A stretch of 64,000 nucleotides of DNA from an uncultured Acidobacteriaceae bacterium (GTDB taxonomy: Bacteria; Acidobacteriota; Terriglobia; Acidiferrales; UBA7541): the NCBI GenBank assembly GCA_964533185.1, contig CAZHLD010000002.1, positions 59,791-123,790 on the forward strand, written 5' to 3'. Within the stretch, counting starts at the first letter, position 1; each line of letters begins with the position of its first letter. Under the pieces are notes generated by a model. The model searched no databases. It was not told where the DNA came from and saw nothing but the letters and a program-made list of their open reading frames with translations. Of this stretch, positions 27,901-35,514 are shown one piece after another. A program made the position numbers and the translations under genes.

Positions 27901-28789
27901 GCGCCTTGCTGCCCAGCACCTGCCGGACCAGTCCGCGCATCTGCTCACGGATTTCGGCATAGCGTCGGGCCTTCGAGGCCTGGCGCTTGAGCGACCCCAG
28001 TTGTTTTTCAACCTCGATCAGGATGTCGTTCACCCTGGCCAGGTTAACCTTCGAGGACTCCAGCTTGGCCTCGGCCAGCCGCTTCTTGGTCTTAAACTTG
28101 GTGACGCCCGCGGCCTCCTCGATAATGGCCCGGCGGTCCATCGGCTTTGAGCTGAGGATCTGGCCGATGCGCCCCTGCTCGATGATGGCGTAGGAGTCCG
28201 GGCCCAGGCCCATACCCATGAAGAGCTCCTGGATGTCGCGCAAACGCGCGATGCGCCCATTGAGCAGGTACTCGCTCTGTCCCGAGCGGTACAGCCGCCG
28301 ACCAATCACCACCTCGCCGAGCCTGGTCTGGATGGCTGGCTTCTCCCTAGCGCGCTTCCTCTTGCCAAACCTGCTTTCCGGTTCTTCCTCGGCGCGTTCG
28401 GTTTCCTGTGCGGCCTCGGTATTGATTTCCTGAGGCGCTTCTGTGTCACCCTCAAGTGCCGGAGTCGCCGTTGCGACCTCCGTCCCGACGTTCAGGATGA
28501 AGCTTGCCGCCTCGGCCAATTCCGGGTCCTCAAGCGTGATCAGCACCTCGGAGAGACCCATCGGTGGGCGCTTGGCCGTGCCGTTGAAGATGCAGTCGGC
28601 CATGCGCTCGGCGCGGAGCGACTTGTGGCTCTGTTCGCCGAGCACCCAGGAGATGGCGTCCGCGATATTGGATTTTCCGCAGCCGTTTGGGCCGACGATG
28701 CAGGTGATCCCCGTGCCGCTGAAGGTGATCTGCGTCTTTTCGCAGAACGACTTGAAACCCACCAGTTCGACTTTGCGCAGCTTGAGCAA
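24980..28789 (-). CDS. smc: Chromosome partition protein SMC
   Basis: Head (M)LKLRKVELVGFKSF...GPNGCGKSN, long coiled coils, hinge, and C-terminal LSGGEKAMTALALL / ILDEVDAPLDE. TTG 28787-28789 is the probable start. The ORF-track extension to 28948 looks non-coding. Confidence 0.9.
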   Translation of the reverse strand: MLKLRKVELVGFKSFCEKTQITFSGTGITCIVGPNGCGKSNIADAISWVLGEQSHKSLRAERMADCIFNGTAKRPPMGLSEVLITLEDPELAEAASFILNVGTEVATATPALEGDTEAPQEINTEAAQETERAEEEPESRFGKRKRAREKPAIQTRLGEVVIGRRLYRSGQSEYLLNGRIARLRDIQELFMGMGLGPDSYAIIEQGRIGQILSSKPMDRRAIIEEAAGVTKFKTKKRLAEAKLESSKVNLARVNDILIEVEKQLGSLKRQASKARRYAEIREQMRGLVRQVLGSKARELDLEAERLSNLLREIGAAETQQTQALEQMETEQERLSARTYELEAELRQNQNSLGQTALELDRAENRIGFNRQRAAELEARSRQLLGETEQTTSQAQQLGARVSSHRQAMAAVEEETRRIGALLQQLTEQAAQLVATEQETEARIIGLREAAGQLGDELTRLHGEQAQAEQALLHMSESLAVAENKEQALLEESLQHRERSESAEVRWQASAGRARSLEQAVRETQSRIAELRRSQQETQARSDSARDSLAGARARRASLEQILQDRSYTAEAVQKLFASHGAAEGRGFRAVGVLADYAEVEEQYEAAVEQFLRDELEYIVVETFDHARAGIALLREEVGGRATFFVDSLRNLKLSEHEPIILFRPSDAVVSRMDKLVEFRDPLGAAAKQFLPRLRSAFLVETAGAAEKLAAENPQFHFVTLDGTTYQGRMVTGGRPAEAGPLGMKRELRALDTEIHQRERETAEAQVQLRRIEEDLSATERVLEESTARQMEAEKAVVAMTHQRDQALAELVRMGMELAACQKELERLRNETRSAQLRAIQARERHAAASLSRSGAEEETTRLGQKLTELRQEITTTQEKIARQRAEMATLSERLASAESLRSRLEEEQREVRGRESTLRGQQTTLIQERQELALQTAEQQRQAEALREEKARLDLRKAELEQEWEQARVRTVEVDDALRVSRQKLGDLREERSRHEVERARNDADREHLRQTSLSELNVHPEDLIAQETSLLTGEELVAAETNFREMKARIEAMGPVNMMALEEYNECEQRFTFLSRERDDLLQSIADTQQAIAELDQVSRQKFEEAFAIINANFAVAFSTLFGGGHGEMRLTEADSSGEPGIDVVAQPPGKRLQNVLLLSGGEKAMTALALLIAIFRYQPSPFCILDEVDAPLDEANVGRFTKLVGEMSAQTQFIIVTHNRRTMEMAPVLYGVTMQEPGVSKLVSVRWEETATPEEKNAKAAVASNAA

Positions 28790-29014
28790 GTGTGCCCTTT
28801 CCGGCGTTATCCCTGTTCCCGTTTGTGCGGGCGGAGAGATACGCGTCCCGGTTCCCGATTGATCGGAGTCGTGCGACACGAACGTTGGTGGGTCGTCGTG
28901 CAGTGGCCCAGCCGCCTGGCGCTTGGATAGGCGGTTACAGGTGAGCATTCTACTGTGCCCCGCGCCGCCTTGTAAAGCGCAGCCTTACTGTTTGTGTTTT
29001 GAGCGATACAGTGC

Positions 29015-29254
29015 TCAGGGCATGAAGAAGTAGCGGGTGAGGTGGAAAAAAACTGGCGCAGCGAAGCAGATCGAATCAATCCGGTCGAGGATCCCGCCGT
29101 GCCCTTCGATCAGTGCGCCGAAGTCCTTTACGCCGGCATCGCACTTGATCGCAGACAGAACCAGTGCCGCAAATGTCTCCTGGTTGGCCATCAAACCGTC
29201 TTGCGCCAGCAATCGCGTGAGCGGCCGGAGCAAATCTTGGAAAGCGGGCTTCAG
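29015..29254 (-). pseudogene. C-terminal stub of phosphatidate cytidylyltransferase (CdsA)
   Basis: ...ETFAALVLSAIKCDAGVKDFGALIEGHGGILDRIDSICFAAPVFFHL... matches the CdsA C-terminal signature (K+..gvKD.g.liPGHGGilDRiDS). An in-frame TAA at 29255-29257 and the divergent cysS leave no room for the ~200 missing N-terminal residues. Confidence 0.55.
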
Positions 29255-29448
29255 TTAGTAGATGGTTGGCATTCCGGCTCAGAAGCGAGGCCTGTATCAC
29301 TGTGGACCGCGCTCGATCAGTCCTCAGCCTCGCGGCGCATCATACCTGTGCGCGCGCCTCAACAACACCCTGCATGTCACGTCCTGCTTTGCCTGCGATG
29401 GTCCCGTCGGCTAGAATGCTCAGTTTGCGCGTTGCGCAACGGAGACTC

Positions 29449-30888
29449 ATGGGCGAAATCCAACTGCAAAACACGCTGACCGGCCGCAAGGCGCCGTTCA
29501 CGACGCTCCATCCGGGCGAAGTGCGCATGTACACCTGCGGCCCGACGGTCTACGACTTCGCCCACATCGGTAACTTTCGCACCTTCGTCTTTCAGGACAT
29601 TCTCCGGCGCTTCCTAAAGATGGAAGGCTTCCGGGTCATGCAGGTGATGAACCTCACCGACGTGGACGACCGCATCATTGCCAACGCCGCCGCAGCGGGC
29701 ATCGGCATCCGCGAATACACGGAAAAGTACGCGCAGGCGTTCCTCGAAGACTGCCACACGCTGAACCTCGAGCCGCCCGAGCACATCGTCCGCGCCACCG
29801 ATCATATTGACGACATGGTGTCGTTGATCCAGCGCCTTAGCGAGAAATCTTTCACGTACCCGAGCGACGGCTCGATCTACTACCGCATCTCCAAGTTCCC
29901 GGAGTACGGCAAGCTCTCCAAAATTGACCTGAGCGGCATCCAGGCCGGCGCCCGCGTCGAGGTGGATCGTTACGAAAAGGCCGACGCCCGCGACTTCGCG
30001 CTCTGGAAGTCGCCCAAGCCCGGCGAGCACTTCTGGGAGACGCCGATCGGCCCCGGCCGACCGGGCTGGCATATTGAGTGCTCGGCGATGGCCATGAAGT
30101 ATCTGGGCGAAACGCTCGACATCCACACCGGCGGTGTGGACCTCACCTTCCCGCACCACGAAAACGAAATCGCGCAGTCCGAGGCCGCCACCGGAAAGCC
30201 GTTCGCACGCTTCTGGCTGCACGCCGAGCACTTGATCGTTGAAGGCGAGAAGATGTCCAAATCGCTCGGCAATTTCTTCACTTTGCGCGACCTCTTCGCC
30301 AAAGGCTACAAGCCCTCCGCCATCCGCTACCTGCTTGCGTCAGTGCCTTATCGCAGCCAGCTCAATTTCACCATGGCCGGTCTGCAGCAGGCGGCCAGTT
30401 CGGTCGAACGCCTGCGCAACTTTGTCACGCGTCTTAAGACAGAACGTTTCGCGGTTGGACAGAGTGAAGCAATCGCCGACCGCGTCCGCCAAGCCGAAGA
30501 AGAGTTTCGAGCTGGCCTCGCCGACGACCTGAACACCGCGCAGGCCTTTGCCGCTGTCTTCGACTTGGTGCGCGACGTCAATACTGCAATCGACCGCGGC
30601 GAGTTCAGGCAGGGCGACGTCGCCGCCACGCTCGCCGCAATGGAATCCTTTGACGCGATCCTTGTCGTTCTGAAGGACGACGACGCGCAAAAGCTCGCTG
30701 CACTCGGCTTCGGCCGCGGTGAGACTCCTCTCACCGACGCCGAAATCGAAAAGCTTGTTGCCGATCGCCAGGCCGCCCGCAAGCGCCGCGACTTTTCCGC
30801 TGCCGACCACATTCGCCTGCAACTGGCAGATCGTGGTATCATTTTGGAGGACACACGAGATGGCCGTGTCCGCTGGAAACGCAAATGA
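29449..30888 (+). CDS. cysS: Cysteinyl-tRNA synthetase
   Basis: HIGH-type motif (FAHIGNFR), KMSKS (GEKMSKSLGN), and GGAG before ATG 29449. Confidence 0.9.
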   Translation: MGEIQLQNTLTGRKAPFTTLHPGEVRMYTCGPTVYDFAHIGNFRTFVFQDILRRFLKMEGFRVMQVMNLTDVDDRIIANAAAAGIGIREYTEKYAQAFLEDCHTLNLEPPEHIVRATDHIDDMVSLIQRLSEKSFTYPSDGSIYYRISKFPEYGKLSKIDLSGIQAGARVEVDRYEKADARDFALWKSPKPGEHFWETPIGPGRPGWHIECSAMAMKYLGETLDIHTGGVDLTFPHHENEIAQSEAATGKPFARFWLHAEHLIVEGEKMSKSLGNFFTLRDLFAKGYKPSAIRYLLASVPYRSQLNFTMAGLQQAASSVERLRNFVTRLKTERFAVGQSEAIADRVRQAEEEFRAGLADDLNTAQAFAAVFDLVRDVNTAIDRGEFRQGDVAATLAAMESFDAILVVLKDDDAQKLAALGFGRGETPLTDAEIEKLVADRQAARKRRDFSAADHIRLQLADRGIILEDTRDGRVRWKRK

Positions 30889-31067
30889 AACTCCACGAGT
30901 TCAAACCGGTTCCGCTGCACACCCTGCCCTCACAGGAACGTCCGAGTCTATTCGGCGTTGACTAAGTTTTCTTCCTCCGCTTGCGGCCCCTCTTCTGCCG
31001 CGAGCGCTCCGGCAAGACGGAGCCGTGCCCGGCGCCGCTCCGCAAAATCCATTCCTAGGAGGAAGAA

Positions 31068-32411
31068 ATGACGCTCATGACTGAAAGCAAACTCCCGCAC
31101 CTGGTGACCTCATTGCCCGGCCCGGAAGCCAAGAAAGTTCTCGCACTCGATGCTCAGTACGTCTCTCCGTCTTACACCCGTGATTACCCGCTCGTGGCCA
31201 GGCAGGGCCGCGGCGCGCTCATCGAAGACGTGGACGGCAACGTCTTTCTCGATTTTGCAGCGGGTATCGCGGTCGTCTCCACGGGCCACTGCCATCCGGA
31301 AGTCGTGGCCGCCATTCAGAAGCAGGCCGCCGAGCTGATCCACATGTCTGGCACGGATTTTTACTACCCCAGCCTTGCTAGGTATGCCGAAGAGCTGGCG
31401 CGAATCGCTCCCGGAAAATCGCCCAAGCGCGTCTATCTGGGCAATTCCGGCACCGAAGCGGTTGAGGCCGCCATGAAATTGGCGCGCTACCACACCCGGC
31501 GCGACAAGTTCATCGCCTTCTACGGCAGTTTCCACGGACGCACGATGGGCGCTCTTTCGCTGACCGCGTCCAAGGCTGTCCAGCGCAAGGGCTTCGGCAC
31601 GCTACTCTCCGGCGTGTTTCATATCCCGTATCCGAACCCATACCGTTGTGAGTGCGGAAAGCCAGCCGACGCCTGCGCCCTCGAGTGCGCCACCGTGCTC
31701 GAGCGCGAGCTCTTTAAGAAGATCGTGGACCCGGAGGAAGTGGCCGCGATTATCGTCGAGCCGGTTCAGGGAGAAGGCGGCTACTTGCCTGGCTCATCGG
31801 AGTTCTTGCTGGAGCTCCAGCGTGTCGCCCGCAAGTACGGCATCCTGCTGATCGCCGACGAAGTGCAGAGCGGCATGGGCCGCACCGGCAAGTGGTGGGC
31901 CTCAGACCACGCCGGCCTCGAGCCGGACATTCTCTGCGTGGCCAAGGGCATCGCCTCCGGCATGCCGCTTTCGGCCACAATCGCCCGCGCCGAAGTGATG
32001 GATTGGAAGCCCGGCGCACACGCTTCTACGTTCGGCGGTAATCCTGTCTCCATCGCTGCAGGACTGGCCACGCTCAAACTGCTCGAGGAGAAGTACATTG
32101 AAAACGCACGCCGCATGGGTGAGTTCATTTTCGGGCGCATAGGCGGCTGGCGCGAGCGGCATCGGATCGTCGGCGACATCCGCGGCAAGGGACTGATGAT
32201 CGGCATCGAGATCGTCCGCGATCAGAAGACCAAAGAAAAGGCGCCCGAACTTCGCAACCGGATCGTGGACCTTGCTTTCCAGAAGGGTCTGCTGATCTTG
32301 GGCGCCGGAGAAAACGCGGTTCGGCTCTCGCCGCCGCTCATCATTGACGAAGAGCAGGCGGATTTTGCCATCCGCACTCTCGACGAGTGCATCCGCGAAG
32401 TCGAGAAATAG
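31068..32411 (+). CDS. Class-III PLP aminotransferase (4-aminobutyrate / acetylornithine aminotransferase-like)
   Basis: LPGPEAKKVL..., ...FAAGIAVVSTGHCHPEVV..., DEVQSGMGRTGKWW, and the PLP-lysine region CVAKGIASGMPLSA. AGGAGG before the ATG. Confidence 0.8.
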   Translation: MTLMTESKLPHLVTSLPGPEAKKVLALDAQYVSPSYTRDYPLVARQGRGALIEDVDGNVFLDFAAGIAVVSTGHCHPEVVAAIQKQAAELIHMSGTDFYYPSLARYAEELARIAPGKSPKRVYLGNSGTEAVEAAMKLARYHTRRDKFIAFYGSFHGRTMGALSLTASKAVQRKGFGTLLSGVFHIPYPNPYRCECGKPADACALECATVLERELFKKIVDPEEVAAIIVEPVQGEGGYLPGSSEFLLELQRVARKYGILLIADEVQSGMGRTGKWWASDHAGLEPDILCVAKGIASGMPLSATIARAEVMDWKPGAHASTFGGNPVSIAAGLATLKLLEEKYIENARRMGEFIFGRIGGWRERHRIVGDIRGKGLMIGIEIVRDQKTKEKAPELRNRIVDLAFQKGLLILGAGENAVRLSPPLIIDEEQADFAIRTLDECIREVEK

Positions 32412-32466
32412 GCGATTGCCGGGCCGCTGGCGCCTTCGGTGGCCCAGCAATTTCTCTAGAGATGAT

Positions 32467-32967
32467 ATGCCGCTGTTCTCACGACTGATGTTCGGACTCG
32501 TGGACCTCGCCGCTAGAAAAGGTCTGGCGGCGGAAGTGCCTGCAGCGCCGACGGCAAAGGCAGCCGCAGTCACCGCAACTCTAGCAAAGGAGCAGGCGCG
32601 GAAGACGGGCATCCGGGGCGAGACCTACGCCTATTGGTATTTGCGCCGGCACGGCTATGTGATGATTGCCCGCAATTTCACGATTCCGGGCATCAAGGGC
32701 GAAATCGACCTGGTTGGCTACGATGGCCCGGTGCTCGCTTTTGTCGAAGTGAAGACTCGCACCAGCGAAGCGGCCGAGTACGGCAAGCCGGAGGACGCCG
32801 TCACTTTCGAGAAGCGCAGGAATCTCTCCCGCATGGCCCGGCAGTTCCTGGCCGAACGGCGCATTCGCGAGGCTGCCTGCCGGTTCGACGTGCTGGCCAT
32901 CGAGTCCCGTCCGGGTGCGCGGCCGGTGGTGCGCCTGCACAAGGATGCCTTTGCCGCTGACCGTTAG
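32467..32967 (+). CDS. yraN: YraN-family (UPF0102) endonuclease-like protein
   Basis: GETYAYWYLRRHGYVMIARNF...GEIDLVGYDGPVLAFVEVKTR. ATG 32467 was chosen as the start because the upstream part of the ORF overlaps the aminotransferase. Confidence 0.7.
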   Translation: MPLFSRLMFGLVDLAARKGLAAEVPAAPTAKAAAVTATLAKEQARKTGIRGETYAYWYLRRHGYVMIARNFTIPGIKGEIDLVGYDGPVLAFVEVKTRTSEAAEYGKPEDAVTFEKRRNLSRMARQFLAERRIREAACRFDVLAIESRPGARPVVRLHKDAFAADR

Positions 32968-33079
32968 GCAGCAGGGGACGATAATCGGCAGTTGCAAGCT
33001 TTGCACGGCTGAGTAAGATAGAAGGTGGGATTATCCCGCCTGCACCAGCAATCGAACGAGGCAGGACCAGGAGGAAGCG

Positions 33080-34093
33080 TTGCCGGACCTTCGTAAAGAC
33101 CCGATTACGGGCCGTTGGGTAATTATCTCGACCGACCGTGCCAAGCGGCCTACGGATTTTGTGCGCGAGAGCGTTCAGATTCTGGGCAAGGGCTTCTGCC
33201 CGTTCTGCTACGGCAACGAAGAGAAAACCCCGCCCGAAGTGCTCGTTTACGGCCGCAACGGCTCGGCGGCCAACACGCCTGGGTGGAGAATCCGCGTTGT
33301 GCCCAACAAGTTTCCGGCCCTGGGCATCGAAGGCGATCTCGACCGCGAAGGTCAGGGCCTGTTTGACCGCATGAACGGCATCGGCGCGCATGAAGTGATC
33401 GTCGAAACGCCCGACCACCAGTCCACCCTCGCCATGCTGCCGGAGAAGGCTATAGAGGAGGTGCTTCACGCCTACCGCGACCGCATGCTCGACCTCAAGA
33501 ACGACAAGCGCTTCCGTTACATCCTGATTTTCAAGAACCACGGCGAAGCCGCCGGGGCCTCGCTCGAGCACACCCATTCGCAGCTCATCGCGCTGCCCAT
33601 CGTCCCCAAGCGCGTCCGCGAGGAAGTTGATAGCGGGCGCCGCTACTACCATGACAAGGAGCGCTGCATTTTTTGCGACATGATCAGGCAGGAGATCGAA
33701 GACGGCGCCCGCGTGATTAACGAAAACGAGAATTTCATTTCCCTGGCTCCCTACGCCCCGCGCTTCCCGTTTGAAATCTGGCTGCTCCCCAAACAGCACG
33801 GCTCGGCCTTCGAGAACAACCAGAGTCCGATGTACGCCAGCCTGGCCCGCATCCTGAAGGACAACCTCAACCGCCTGGACACTGTGCTCGACCGCCCGGC
33901 GTACAACCTCATGATCCACACCTCGCCCATCGGCGAAGAAATCAACGAGCACTACCACTGGCACATTGAGATTATGCCCAAGCTCACCAAAGTCGCTGGT
34001 TTCGAATGGGGCACTGGCTTCTACATCTGTCCTACGCCACCCGAAGAGTCCGCCCGCTTCCTCCGTGAGGCTCAAGTGCCGGTCAGCGCGTAG
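33080..34093 (+). CDS. galT: Galactose-1-phosphate uridylyltransferase-family (HIT superfamily) enzyme
   Basis: RKDPITGRWVIIS..., active-site SLEHTHSQLIALP (HxHxQ). AGGAGG before the TTG start. Confidence 0.8.
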   Translation: MPDLRKDPITGRWVIISTDRAKRPTDFVRESVQILGKGFCPFCYGNEEKTPPEVLVYGRNGSAANTPGWRIRVVPNKFPALGIEGDLDREGQGLFDRMNGIGAHEVIVETPDHQSTLAMLPEKAIEEVLHAYRDRMLDLKNDKRFRYILIFKNHGEAAGASLEHTHSQLIALPIVPKRVREEVDSGRRYYHDKERCIFCDMIRQEIEDGARVINENENFISLAPYAPRFPFEIWLLPKQHGSAFENNQSPMYASLARILKDNLNRLDTVLDRPAYNLMIHTSPIGEEINEHYHWHIEIMPKLTKVAGFEWGTGFYICPTPPEESARFLREAQVPVSA

Positions 34094-34205
34094 AGCTGTC
34101 CCTCATACAAGATTGCCTCCCTTTGTGGGCAGGACCGTTCCAACTGCCTCCTATCACCCACCACCTACAACCAAACCCCTGACTTCGCTATACTGATTCC
34201 AGCAG

Positions 34206-34282
34206 GGCGCGGTACCCAAGTGGTCTAAGGGAGAGGTCTGCAAAACCTCCATTCGTGGGTTCGAATCCCACCCGCGCCTCCA
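34206..34282 (+). tRNA. tRNA-Cys (anticodon GCA), CCA encoded
   Basis: Folded by hand. Acceptor GGCGCGG/CCGCGCC, anticodon stem GAGGT/ACCTC with loop CTGCAAA, T-arm GTGGG-TTCGAAT-CCCAC, discriminator T, CCA. Confidence 0.9.
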
Positions 34283-34286
34283 GCGC
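34272..34286 (+). repeat. Left copy of a 15-bp direct repeat CCGCGCCTCCAGCGC (tRNA-Cys 3' end plus 4 nt), att-like
   Basis: Exact 15-mer also present at 34932-34946. The preceding CCAC is also shared, apart from a 1-nt indel. Confidence 0.5.
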
Positions 34287-34422
34287 TTCCGACCAGGAAA
34301 CGTTGTCCCGAGCGGAGCGAAGCGATGGGCTTCGTCTCCCTATATCGCACTCGGTGCAAGCTCATCCCAGCCGAGCTTCCAGCAGCTGCTCGACGCCATG
34401 GTTGCGGTAGAATTCAGCGAGG

Positions 34423-34914
34423 ATGCCCATAGACGCCCAGAGACTCGCTAAGAGCAAGCGGCCCAGCCGTGCCGCTGACGTATTGCGGTATTTCGCCAGT
34501 GTGAATGGTTCCTTGTCTTATGAAGCTTCGATGTTGGACCAAGCGGCAAAGAAATGCGCGACCGCGCCGCCCGGCTACGACCGCAACGCGGCCATTGAGT
34601 GTTATCTAGTCCACTTTAGAAATATTCGTGACTTCCTTTATCCAACAGCAGAATCTTGGACGGACGAACGATACTTTGACGACGTTATCGCATGGGATTT
34701 TTGTTCGGAGTGGCTTGAGGTGGCCGAGGATTGGAAGGAATGTAGCCTTGCTGAACGCACCCGCATCAACAAGCTACTTGCCCATATTTCTTATACCCGG
34801 CCGCAACTTGGTCACGATTGGCCAATAGCACAGATGCATGCCGCCATTCAAAACAGTGTTTCCGAATTTGTCGCCAAACTTTCTCCAGACCGGAAGAAAT
34901 GGTTCGAGAAATAA
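34423..34914 (+). CDS. Orphan 163-aa protein of unknown function inside the tRNA-Cys islet
   Basis: Open frame that is visibly AT-richer than its neighbours. I recognise no family. It contains ...CYLVHFRNIRDFLYP... and ...ERTRINKLLAHISYTR... (an R-x6-H spacing). The true start may be internal. Confidence 0.5.
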   Translation: MPIDAQRLAKSKRPSRAADVLRYFASVNGSLSYEASMLDQAAKKCATAPPGYDRNAAIECYLVHFRNIRDFLYPTAESWTDERYFDDVIAWDFCSEWLEVAEDWKECSLAERTRINKLLAHISYTRPQLGHDWPIAQMHAAIQNSVSEFVAKLSPDRKKWFEK

Positions 34915-34931
34915 TCGGTTCTGAGGCCACT

Positions 34932-34946
34932 CCGCGCCTCCAGCGC
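34932..34946 (+). repeat. Right copy of the 15-bp direct repeat (att-like)
   Basis: Identical to 34272-34286. It lies 18 nt after the stop of the orphan gene. Confidence 0.5.
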
Positions 34947-35028
34947 CACATCTCATTACAGGTTAAGTGCTTCAACCGGCCCGCTGATTTCTTGCACATG
35001 GTAGACTAGGCCAAGTTGTTTCTGAGCC

Positions 35029-35274
35029 ATGAGCCCTGCCTCCCTCATCGGTCGTTACGAAATCCTGCAAGAACTCGGTCAGGGTGCCATGGGTGTAGTT
35101 TACAAGGGCCGCGACCCGATGATGGACCGCACCGTGGCCATTAAGCGCATCCTTTCCGTTGCGCTCAGCGGCCCTATGGCCGACGAATACCGCGAGCGCT
35201 TTCGATGCCTCTGGGCGTCCTCTAAGGCGCTCGGGGCGGGCCGGGGCCGGCGCCAGCCTGTTCATCACGATTAA
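35029..35274 (+). pseudogene. N-terminal stub of a Hanks-type Ser/Thr protein kinase
   Basis: IGRYEILQELGQGAMGVVYKGRDPMMDRTVAIKRI carries the Gly-loop and VAIK lysine. Recognisable kinase sequence ends after ...EYRERF, and the frame closes at 35274. Confidence 0.6.
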
Positions 35275-35514
35275 GTAGCTGGCCCTTACTGCGATACATC
35301 TGGTCCTCCTTTCGATCTCCAATCATCTGTTACGAATCGGCACAGTTTCATTCCGAGCCTTTGCCTGGAGAGCGAATTCAATTTTGGGTCGCCTTTCCGT
35401 CGAAGCATAGTCGAACCATCGTAAGTTCTTGATTCTGCGCCGACAAATACCTCTTCGTCGTTTCTCTTTGGCTATCTGCGTGCCAGTTCCGCTGGAGATC
35501 AACTGTGGGCGGGT

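Noticed and set aside
25325-28150. Several 240-300-aa plus-strand ORFs inside the smc region
   Set aside because: They are opposite-strand frames of the SMC coiled-coil region. Their repetitive Leu/Arg/Ala content mirrors the Glu/Leu/Arg/Ala coiled coil on the true strand.
32801-34075. 424-aa minus-strand ORF over galT
   Set aside because: It is antisense to a gene with a clear HxHxQ active site and has a low-complexity shadow-ORF composition.
34972-35322. 116-aa minus-strand ORF
   Set aside because: It is antisense to the Ser/Thr kinase stub, whose Gly-loop and VAIK motifs identify the true strand.
35275-35514. Possible riboswitch (for example cobalamin) in the leader of the TonB-dependent receptor
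   Set aside because: I found no B12-box-like sequence or other conserved riboswitch core, and the region looks like degraded DNA rather than a structured leader.
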